The notes under the pieces: model-generated
Told to the model about the DNA's origin: nothing
What the model saw: the letters and a program-made list of their open reading frames with translations, nothing else
Database searches by the model: none
Translations under genes and position numbers: made by a program
Assembly (NCBI GenBank): GCA_047495785.1
Contig: JBLDXI010000032.1
Span: 930,001 to 994,000, forward strand
DNA length: 64,000 nt
Direction of reading: 5' to 3'
Source of the DNA: Lepidodermella squamata
Taxonomy: Eukaryota; Animalia; Gastrotricha
Shown here: one piece after another, positions 51,367-60,965 of the stretch
How the letters are laid out: each line of letters starts with the position of its first letter
How positions within the stretch are numbered: position 1 is the first letter of the stretch

Positions 51367-52896
51367 TCACATTGGTACTACCGTGGTTTTCCATTTTGAC
51401 AACTGCGTCGAAACCTTTTGCGTCCAACCTGGTTTCATCATTTGCACGCATGATCCTACAATAGCCTGCAAATGAATGGATACCAGTGCTATTTTATGCA
51501 GCCAACTTGAGGAATAACGCGGCCCAATATCACCGTAGAACATTTCCATGATGGCTGCAATAAATGCAGGTGTATAGGAGGCGCAGAATATAGCGAAAAT
51601 AGCGGCTGATTGCTGAGCGAAAAAAATATCACATTGTGCTTGAGCTAAATAGTAGAATTTCTGGGCGCGCGCTGATTGGTCAATCGATCGTTGCTATGAC
51701 TCCCGGATGAAACATGTTGGTTGTGCGATCCATGAAATTGTTTGCAACAAGTGTTTTTTGCCGCAGTAAATTGCTACGATTATTATGGGGTTTACGCTCG
51801 TGGTCAATGGAAACCGTGCAGAGGGTGTGGCAAGGTCATTTTTTGCATAAATAGAAAATAATTTATTAGTGGATCGCACGACTAAATTGTTTCATCCCGG
51901 AGTCATAGCAACAATAAATTGACCAATCAGCGCGCGGGTCAAAGTGCTACTTACTACTTGAAACACAATGTCAAGATTCCGCCATTCATCCAACTTGATC
52001 GATCGACTTCGAGACCTTGAATTCGCAATTTCTTTTCCTGTGCTATTAGAATTAGCTTTCATTTGCACCTTGAGATCTCGAATGCTTTGGAAAATTCTGT
52101 AGTAATTGTTTGCAAGGAAGGATACCGGAGCGATGACGCCTGTTCCGCAGTAGATAAACAATAAAAAACCTGAATCAAGGACACCAACAAGTCTGTATTG
52201 GAAGGCAGCGCAAAGCCAAACCGGCTTACCATCGTTCAGCCCTTCAATCTCGATCAGTTCCTTTCGCCAGATTTGATTAGGCCAAATTGCAATGAAGAAG
52301 CAAACGGCAGCGCAAAAGCAATAGAGTCCTACAACCCATAACAGGACACGTATCGTACTAATCTGGTAGTTCGGATTGTTAGACATGATACAGAGTCGGC
52401 GTTCGTATGAGATCATAGCGCTCATGTAAAGTCCAAAAGCGCCCTGTATGTATTGAATCATAAATATGGCAGGGCATGTCCAATGATCCGCTTCCCAGTA
52501 GCCTGTTCTGAAATTGATCGCAAGAGCAAAAAGGAAGAACAAATTGAAAGCGATATCTCTAACACCGTTAATCGCGACAAGCGTTAGAAAGGCTCGCTTA
52601 ACCCGTCGCCTGTTCAAATCCATACAGCTCAGGATTGTTACCAAGGTCACAAAAAACAAGGTGACTGAAAACAGCACCAAGTGAATGAGCCGGCCGTTCA
52701 ATGTGACGTAGTCGAGATCGTGGAACCAGCCGATGAATTGAGGTCTTGCGGTTTCGAAGCCTGAGTTTGGCAAATAAACATGAATCCAGCCACCATTGAT
52801 CAGTCGTGCTTTCGAAAACGACAAGTTTCCTTGTTTTCCTAGCTGTGCTGTTTCGTTGGTTGGGGAAATGTTGAAATTTGAAGTATTGCTGTTCAT
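51367..52896 (-). pseudogene. 7TM paralogue 2, interrupted in ICL3 by a MITE
   Basis: Frame open 52896-51971 (…KLDEWRNL) and again 51630-51367 (DIFFAQQSAA…GSCVQMMKPGW…VVPM*). Collinear with paralogues 1 and 3 once 51632-51970 and one TSD are removed. Confidence 0.85.
51632..51970. mobile_element. 339-bp MITE with 3-bp TSD (CACTA/EnSpm-like)
   Basis: CATTGTG...CACAATG termini, TSD TCA (51629-51631, 51971-51973), ~100-bp imperfect TIRs (cgcgcgctgattggtcaat..gttgctatgactcccggatgaaaca). Confidence 0.88.
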
Positions 52897-53383
52897 TTCT
52901 GCTACGAAATTATAATATTTTGAAAGTAAACCGACGATTACTAGTTAACCGGTATGGTGTCAGGCAAGCTCTTCAGGAAATTCGATCACATCTGCGTCTG
53001 TCACTTATCATTATCATTATTAGCCACTTATCATTATTGGAAAGGCTATGTTCGTATTTTTCGGCTCGATATCTTCCTTTTCAAGACAATCGGGTTTCTA
53101 GTGCTTCCTTCCGGTCAAAATCAATGAAAGAGTTCAATTCGCAAGAATCATTCAGCGGGGATTCCACCTACCATGGTGCTAACGAGCACAAGCCTTTCAT
53201 TCGGTCAACTTCGGCCGTCTCCGAAGTAGTTTGTGAACTCACTATAATGAAAAGTTTTACAAACCTCTTAAATTCGAAGTATGCCTCAATTGCTGAGAAA
53301 CTTATCAACTACAAAGCTCATTAGAATATTCCAATTCTGCCACATTTCTCTGTTCCGATTGCCCCACAACCTCATTTTTTCGT

Positions 53384-53721
53384 GGGGCTATTCGGACGCA
53401 ATTAATTAGACAAAAGTATGAGTCGGATCGGGGCGGTTTAAATTTTCATGGGTGCCCTATCATCTGTAGGTTCAGAAAAAATTGATCGCAGGTCCAGCAA
53501 AATTCTCATCTGGCCCAGGTAATTCAACGCAGAACAGTGCCTAAACTGAGTTGAACTTACACCTGAAAGGTAAGCCCATATCTTCACAACCACTTACTCT
53601 CAGGTCATGAAATTTTTATGGCATGTGGGTCGTCTTTCCACCTAACTCATTGCTAACGGCCGGGTAGTTTTGGAGCCATGCTCATTCTCCCGTTTGCATG
53701 AACATTCGTCCGAATAGCCCC
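53384..53721. mobile_element. MITE
   Basis: TIR GGGGCTATTCGGACG / CGTCCGAATAGCCCC. Confidence 0.7.
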
Positions 53722-54049
53722 AATGACCCAGATTACCCCAACTGACGGTATATTTTCCTGAGATTCTACGTATTTTGACCCAAAAATTGGTCCCTGACTC
53801 TATAAGCCAAGAGTAGAAATTATCTCCATTCAGAATGGCTATAATGACCTCATTAGTGATCTTCAGTATAGTCCCTGCAATTGACCTGACATTTATTTCG
53901 GGCCTGACATTTATTATTTCGAACGACCTCTAACCTCTGACATTTATTTGAGGCTGGCTTTTTTTTCGGGCAGTACGGTAGTTTGCAAGCATACATTTGA
54001 GAATGTTATTTGAGAATTCTCCCGGGCTGAATCGTTCACATCCTCGACA

Positions 54050-54264
54050 AACCTGAAGAAAATGGAAGGGTTCCGCAGATCTGTCAGCGTTTTACCGTAA
54101 ATTCCCAAATACACAGAATTTGTATTATCCAGGCGGCACTACAAAGAAGACCTGAGTGTCGACAAAGAGATGCCGCCTGCAAACGGGGGCCCCCTGGGCA
54201 CGTATTTGGGAATTTACGGTAATGCGTTGACAGATCTGCGGAACCCTTCCATTTTCTTCAGGTT
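54050..54264. repeat. Foldback with ~63-bp near-perfect arms
   Basis: aacctgaagaaaatggaagggttccgcagatctgtca...ttaccgtaaattcccaaatac is inverted at 54202-54264. Confidence 0.85.
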
Positions 54265-55040
54265 CTTCAAATTGATTACGGCGCTTCTATAGTGACACGT
54301 TTAAAGTTCATCATGCCTGGTGGAAAAGGGTTAAACTCGCCAACTTCAGTCTGTGAAAATAACCGAAAACCGAAACATCTCTAGTCTTTAACATTTAACA
54401 AATTCAGCAGCTTCTATAGCCCACATAGCACTCACAAAATTAGCAAGGGTGAACCTGCTTCCTTCTCCACAACTTCTCTCATTCCCTCGCTCAGATCTTT
54501 CGCAGAGCTCATCAACTTCTATAGCTTTGAATATAAGAGAGGGAAATTACATGGGTGGAAAATCCCCTCAATTGGCAAATTACCTACGCGACGAACTGAA
54601 ATCGGACACATGATGTCATTGAGTTTTATTCTGACATGCCTTTTTAAGCTAATTAGAATCCCGATGTGGTTAGGTAAAAAGCCAGGAAAGAGTGAAGAAG
54701 CGATGCCATCAAAGTGGGGAAAATGAGTCAGTTATAATCAATCAACCCTGCTGCGGGTGATAATGCTGGATTTGTCAAAGCAGTCAATCCAAGTCTAAAC
54801 TGTAATCATGGAAATTTAGCTTGATTAAGTCGAATGCTTCCAGTTAGAAGACACCTTCAATTTACGTTATTATATGAATGGGGGCTATTTTCATATTGGT
54901 GAGTGCGAACTACGATCTTTACAGGATTTTCAGATATGGTGCACGCTTTAGTCGCCTCTGAGGTATTTGGAGACCATGTCTCAAAGAAAAGGGGCTAATA
55001 GTTGCGTCATGTATCAGGATTTTTGATGACTGTGTTATTT

Positions 55041-56225
55041 TCACTTCGGGGCGATGCTGCCTCTAAATTTTGAGAAGAGCCGTAATACTTCACCAGTCCA
55101 GCCGGGTTTAACCATCTGAACGCAAGATCCTACAATAGCGCACAAACAAATGAATAGCATTCCTAACTTATGCAGCCAACTTGAGGCGTTGCGAGGCCCG
55201 AAATCACCATAAAACATCTCAAAGGTAAATGCAAAAAACGCAGCCAGGTGGAAAGTGCAGAATATGGCGAAAACGACGGCTGATTGCTGAGCGAAGAATA
55301 CTTCTCGATCACGCCATTCAGCCAGCTTGATCGAACGAGCCTGTGACCTTGAATTCACACTACCTGTCCCCGTGCTAGAACTAGCCTTCATTTGCCTCTT
55401 CGCATCTCGAATACACCGGAAGATTCTGTAGTAATTGTTGGCAAGGAACGATGCAGGAACCGTAACACCGGTCGAGTAGTACAGGAAAAGTGGGAAACTT
55501 GAGTCGAGATCACCAATAAGCCTATACTGGAAACCTGTGCAGATCCAAACCGGATTGCCATCGTTGAACCCTTCAATCTCGATCAGTTCCTTCCGCCAGA
55601 CTTGATTTGGCCATACTGCCATGAAAAAGCAAACTACAGTACAACAGCAGAAGATTCCGAAAACCCACGAAAGGAGTCGCTTCGTGCTAGCCTGATAGTT
55701 AGGGCTGTTAGAAAGGATGCATAGACGACGTTCGTAAGATATCAACGCATTCATATAAGTCCCAAAAGCTCCGTGGATGAAGAGACCCCAAAACACAGCT
55801 GGACAGGTCCAATGATCCGCTTCCCATGAACCTGTTTTCAAATTAATCCCGAGTCCGATTGTGTAGATTAAATCGAAACCGATATTTCTGACACCGTTTA
55901 TTGCGATAAGCATGAGAAAGTTGCGTTTAACGCGGCGTTTGTACAAATCTATGCAGCTAATGATTGTTACCAAGATCACGAAGACCAAGGTGATTGCAAA
56001 CATCAAAAATTGAGGGAGCCGGCCGTTCATTGTGTCGTAGTCGAGGTCGTGGTACCAGCCGATGAATTGAGGTCTCGGGGCATCGAAGCCCGAGTCGGGC
56101 AAGTAAATTTGGATCCAGCCTCCATTGATCACCTTTGCCTTCAAGCAAGGCGAGTTTCCACAAATTCTCGCCCTCATTGTTTTATTTACCTGAGAAGTGT
56201 TGAAAGTTGAAGAATTGTGCATCAT
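55041..56225 (-). CDS. Intronless 7TM rhodopsin-like receptor, tandem paralogue 3
   Basis: First ATG at 56225 (MMHNSS). Highly similar to paralogue 1 over its full length (INGGWIQIYLPDSG, LISYERRLCILSNSPNYQ, FLANNYYRIF, AIVGSCVQM). Confidence 0.88.
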   Translation of the reverse strand: MMHNSSTFNTSQVNKTMRARICGNSPCLKAKVINGGWIQIYLPDSGFDAPRPQFIGWYHDLDYDTMNGRLPQFLMFAITLVFVILVTIISCIDLYKRRVKRNFLMLIAINGVRNIGFDLIYTIGLGINLKTGSWEADHWTCPAVFWGLFIHGAFGTYMNALISYERRLCILSNSPNYQASTKRLLSWVFGIFCCCTVVCFFMAVWPNQVWRKELIEIEGFNDGNPVWICTGFQYRLIGDLDSSFPLFLYYSTGVTVPASFLANNYYRIFRCIRDAKRQMKASSSTGTGSVNSRSQARSIKLAEWRDREVFFAQQSAVVFAIFCTFHLAAFFAFTFEMFYGDFGPRNASSWLHKLGMLFICLCAIVGSCVQMVKPGWTGEVLRLFSKFRGSIAPK

Positions 56226-57542
56226 TTCAGTGTCGAAATAAGACAATTTAGCACTAAAACACCATCACAAGCTCGTTTAGAAGTATTTATGAAGCGCGTA
56301 AATTAGCTGTTGAGGACAAATACGCAAGTTCCTGAGTTCGATTAAAGGATAAAAAAATAGCTTAAATTAGCCAAATGCCACATAAAATTCCATACACATC
56401 AGGTCAAGCCCCGACTCAACGATTTTATCACGTTTTGTCCAAAATCAACCTCGATTTCTCTCATCCGGTATACTTGAGACAATTTCGCGCGGTAAATTCC
56501 TTTCTCACGTGAATAATTGAAACAAGCTAGTCTGGAGCTTTCCATGCGGGACTTGATTAACCGCATTTCCAAAATTATCATGCATATTTTTGCTTTGATG
56601 TCTCCGCGAAACAGTTCAAAACGTAAAGCAGCTGAAAGACGTTAGAAAACTTACTCAAAATAAGAAGCGGAAATTTAGTCAAAAATAGACGGGTCTATTT
56701 TTAACCCACTTGACAGTCCTGATTTCTTCCAAGCTTCGAGCTTTGGAGCTATGAAGGTTAGGACATCATCACCGCTGAAATTTAGTTGTAACTATTCGAT
56801 TATTTTTACACAAATTTAAGACAATTCGGTCTAATCTTTCATACCCCAATAAAAGTGGACCTAATTGTTAATCATAATTTTTCATAAATTTTTGTAAAAT
56901 CGAATTTATTCGCACGCAGTTATACAGACCAAAGGTGAAAAGAGACATTGGTCGGATGAACAATGTTTTCCCCATTCTTTTTTACTCATCGAAGTTGAAA
57001 TATGTGGAGCCAGTTCGCTATAATAATCCTGAAAAATTGCCAGAAAGCTCTAAAAATGTCAGTGGATTCCGAGGTCAAAGTTCATGGCATTGTTTTGGGG
57101 TTTTCGGTTATTTTTCAGGGAATTTTACCGAATTTTTTTATGAATTTTTGGAAATTTCAAATTAATGGCAAAACACCCGGAGAAAAATGTATGAATTTTT
57201 GTTCGGGATTGAGGGTAAAATCTAAAATCGGTTCGACATCGAAAACATTAAAAATTAACAATTCACCAAAAATAATATTTCAAAGTTTTAGCAGCCCCCG
57301 GTAACTGATTTTTAACAGGTTTTACGCTTGATTTTCCGCAGTAACTGTAAGCATTCGGCAAAACAATTTAATTTAAATTGTCTGAATTTCAAAATCTGCT
57401 TCGTCATGCTCGGCAAATATCACGTGCCAGAAACGGCTTCTACGTGTTGTTGAATCCCTCATTTGTTTACATAAGTAGTAGGGGGAGGAAAAGTTAACGG
57501 TTTTTCCGATTTGAATTTTTCCCGCGCGACCTTGACCTTGAG

Positions 57543-58690
57543 CTAACCCTAACCCTAACCCTAACTGGATTCCTTAACCCTAACCCTAGTCCTAGGGCTT
57601 AACCCTAACCCTAGGGCTTAACCCTTAACCCTAACCCTAATCGATAATCCCTAACCCTAGCCGATAACCGATATCGATCAACCGATATTGATTGATTTTG
57701 AATTAATTTCCCGCTAAAATAGGCGTAACCCTAACCCTAATCCTTAACACTATTCCTAGGGCTTAACCCTAATCCTTAACACTAATCCTAGGGCTTAACC
57801 CTAAGGCGCCACATCGATTCTCGTGGTGTTACGCAGTGGTCCACAGCGAGCGCGCGCGGACGCGCACAGCGGCGCTGTGGAGTTCCCAGTACTCACGCAT
57901 TTGGCTACGAGAACCTACTCCGGAGTCGGATCGGGCGCACCCGCATTTAGCGTTAACGCGGGCAAGCGCGCGCGGGCGACTAGCATCTGTGATGTGTTGC
58001 GCAAGTGGAAGTTGATTGGACTATGTGCGCGCGCGGCAAGTCTAAATTTTTAAAAACTTCGAGCGGCGCGCACTGTTGTCAAAGGGATATTTTCAAATAT
58101 TGAGGCGGTTTCACCACCAAAATAAAATTCAAAAAATTCTCTATCGATTATATATTGGGCTCTGATGCATAAAAATTGGACGAAATGACGTTTGTTTCCT
58201 CGCGGTTTTGAAGAGCGCGCGCATTTAATTCGACAATTTTGGAGCCAGCGTTTAAACATTTTCGTTTTATTTTTACATACGGGAGCCTATATCTATTCGA
58301 TAGAGCATTGCCTGAATTTTATTTTGGTAATAAAACCGCCACACTTTTTGACAGTAGCCGTTTGACATTAGCGCGCGCGGCCCAAATTATTTAAAAATTT
58401 AGACTCTGCGCGCGCTCACCCGAGTAGACTTTTACTCTCTGATTGCGCAAGCGGCGCTGGACGAAACTCTGATTGGTGCCCGCGCACGCTCACTCGCGTT
58501 AACTCGAAGAGCGGGTGCGCCCGATCTGGCTCCCGAGCGGGCTAAGATAGCCAAATGCGTGAGTACTAGGAACACCACAGCGCCGCTGTGTGCGCCGCGC
58601 GCGCTCGCTGCGCACCACTGCGTAACACCACGAGAATCGGTGTGGCGCCTAATCCTTAACACTAACCCTAATCGATAATCCCTAACCCTA
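57543..58690 (+). repeat. Heterogeneous telomeric-type array (CCCTAA, CCTTAA, CCTAGGGCTTAA variants) split by a MITE
   Basis: Arrays at 57543-57660, 57726-57804 and 58650-58690. The higher-order unit taaccctaatcgataatccctaaccctag occurs twice (~57632, ~58663). Confidence 0.9.
57805..58649. mobile_element. PIF/Harbinger-type foldback MITE (845 bp)
   Basis: GGCGCC...GGCGCC termini, TAA TSD (57802-57804, 58650-58652), arms imperfectly inverted over ~400 bp. Confidence 0.9.
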
Positions 58691-58899
58691 GTCGATATCG
58701 TTTGATTTTCCCAACGGAAAAATATTTTGAAATTTTCCCGGCAAAAACTATTTTACCGCCAAATTATGACCTTGACACACACACAATATTCCCGCCAAAA
58801 CCCTAGGCAAAATTTGAATTTTTTAAATATCTACGGTCACTCGCTAGTTTTTGAAAAGGAAAATTGAAACATTCCCGCCAACCATTATTTCAGCGCCAA

Positions 58900-59310
58900 A
58901 ATACCAAAATATGACCTTGACTCTTCCGGCATACATAAATTCAAACTTCTAAAATGTAATGGGCATGTGACGCAAAAGTAACCAATGCATGAGTCATCTT
59001 GCAAGAGTGAAAGTACCCTCTGGAATTGTTACGTTTTACGAGACCAAGCCAAGCTTTTATGTCTCGCCAACGGTCAGCTGCGAATATTCTTAAAATGTCA
59101 GCTTGAGATAACGGCAACTTGCTATGATAATAAATGCGGACTCAACCTTTTCGTCATATGTGTAGATTCCGCTCTGGTAATGAAAGACATTTCGGCATAC
59201 AACAGTTAGTGAAACTCGACTGCATTTTCTAATTGTTTCCTTGGATTGAGAAAAGCCATGGAGTGCAATCTTTACATTTACTTCGATTAGATTTCGATAG
59301 CGATTTCGAA
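58900..59310 (-). pseudogene. Decayed ORF of unknown function
   Basis: One minus-strand frame reads NLIEVNVKIALHGFSQSKETIRKCSRVSLTVVCRNVFHYQSGIYTYDEKVESAFIIIASCRYLKLTF, then continues protein-like through several in-frame stops. No family recognised. Confidence 0.3.
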
Positions 59311-59376
59311 ATACAAAGGTTAATATAATGTTTAATAATATTGTAATAATGTTGATTATTTTTTTTTATATACAGG

Positions 59377-59758
59377 TCACCAGTTGGCATTTTCCTCCTC
59401 CACAGGAGGACGATGAGGTACGAGTAATCCGTGAATGTCCCATAATATCTGGATGATAGTGTTGTAGCTGGCTACTGAGTTCTGCAAGTGATCATACATT
59501 TGACCTGCCTCGTCGTAGCTGAAGAAAGAAAAAAATATAAGGTATGTTGAATTTTTTGACATTAAATACTTACAGGTTTACAAATAGTTGAAAGAAAATT
59601 TCAGCTATTTGAGGATTAGCCATTTCATCAGGATAAGTAAAGTTGCCAAGTAAAATGATGCGTAAGAATATGACAAGGTATTGTACAGTTGATATAAATT
59701 TTGTAAGATTTCGCCAATAAATTATTTTTAAAAACTGAGCGTTGCATCTCGGCACCAT
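59377..59758 (-). CDS. Small spliced hypothetical gene, head-to-head with the TBP-like gene
   Basis: A GTAAGT donor (~59572) and TTCTTCAG acceptor (~59519) join …QLFVNL to YDEAGQMYDHL…EEENANW* in phase. Start uncertain. Confidence 0.45.
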
Positions 59759-59861
59759 TTATACAATGTATATGCAGAGAAGTCGTTAACAGATAGAATG
59801 TAATAAAAAGCAAGTAAATTCGTCATGTCACCTCATTTTCTCATTTTTCTTGGAATATTAA

Positions 59862-60406
59862 ATGCTTGAAATTGATGTTACCATGCAAAATGTTGTTTCC
59901 ACACTCTCGCTGGGGGTAAAATTTGATCTCCGGAAAATTATTCACCTCTTCAAAATGGTTGAGCTTAAACAAAAGTTTCCGAATGCTCTCGTCATTAAAG
60001 AGCCGCACTTCAACGCTTTGCTATTTAAAAACGGGAAAGTAGTGCTTTTTACGAAGAATCCTGAACTGGCAAAAATTTATGGGCGAAAACTGGCAAGGAA
60101 ACTACAGCGACAAGACAACACTGCCATAAAGGTATCTAAGATTCGCCTGGTAAACAGTACTCTTGCGGGAAAGATGCCAACTGGAATAAACATAACTGAG
60201 GCCTTAATAGCTCGTGTTGCCAAACTCTGTGCGCGAGTGATATATGATAATACTAGATTTCCGGCACTGCGGTGTAAAAATGTAACCAATGGTTCATATG
60301 CGTGAATGTATTTTCGTCGGGGTGGATAATAGTGACTGGCATTAAAGATTTAACTACACCTCTGACGCAGCTTGAAACTATATTTATTATATGCGATACT
60401 GTATGA
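59862..60406 (+). pseudogene. Intronless, highly divergent TATA-binding-protein (TBP/TRF) core, frameshifted near 60295
   Basis: MQNVVSTLSLGVKFDL, EPHFNALLFKNGKVVL, KLARKLQ, IRLVN, YDNTRFPAL. After a frameshift the frame continues ICVNVFSSGWIIVTGIK…CDTV*, completing the second TBP repeat (cf. LIFVSGKVVLTGAK). Confidence 0.85.
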
Positions 60407-60519
60407 GAAATAAAAATTGGACGCGACACACACTCGACTGAATGTTAATAGCCTACGTCCATGCTACTATGTAGTAGTAGCATGCCATTGAAACTGCGTA
60501 CATTTATTCTTAAATTTAG

Positions 60520-60965
60520 CGTCTATGATCTTAGGCTGTTCCGATGCTATGGAAAGAAGAACTGCTGTAATAAAAATTAAGATTTCGCAATGAAACTCTG
60601 GGGAATCAATTCTAATCTGGAGCAGTTATCCACATTTCAAGTTCATCGTTGTACTGTTTCGCCAATGCCTTTAATGTTGACGGAATCATCACATTCCGTC
60701 GCAGTTTGCTCGAACGAAGTTGTTCATAGAAATTAGAAATAGACCGTTTTACACACACTGGAAATCGATGGGATCCTCAGGTATGATTTTTCATGACTAC
60801 ATTTAATTCAAAATAGCTAAATTTCCATTTCATTCAGATCATATATGGAACAGGATCCGGAAAAGTGTAAGTTCTTAAAGACATAAATCAATCAAAATTC
60901 ATTGTATTTTTTTTTTCTTAGACGCTGCCCGATGACATGTGTCAATATGGTGCGCCGTTAAGTAA
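60520..60965 (+). pseudogene. Decayed spliced small gene
   Basis: Two canonical ~55-bp introns (60781-60837, ~60867-60920) join …LEIDGILR|SYMEQDPEK|Y in phase. The upstream frame has in-frame stops; AATAAA follows. Confidence 0.35.

Noticed and set aside
57823-58662. Two similar ORFs on opposite strands (57823-58053, 58432-58662)
   Set aside because: They are the two arms of a foldback MITE, not duplicated genes.
59862-60305. Host TBP or TRF2 gene
   Set aside because: Far too divergent for these highly conserved proteins, intronless, frameshifted and embedded in element-like DNA.
60460-60484. CATGCTACTA-TGTAG-TAGTAGCATG hairpin as the right terminus of the putative Polinton
   Set aside because: No inverted copy of the left terminal sequence (CCTCCCCCTACTACT or TTAGGG arrays) adjoins it.
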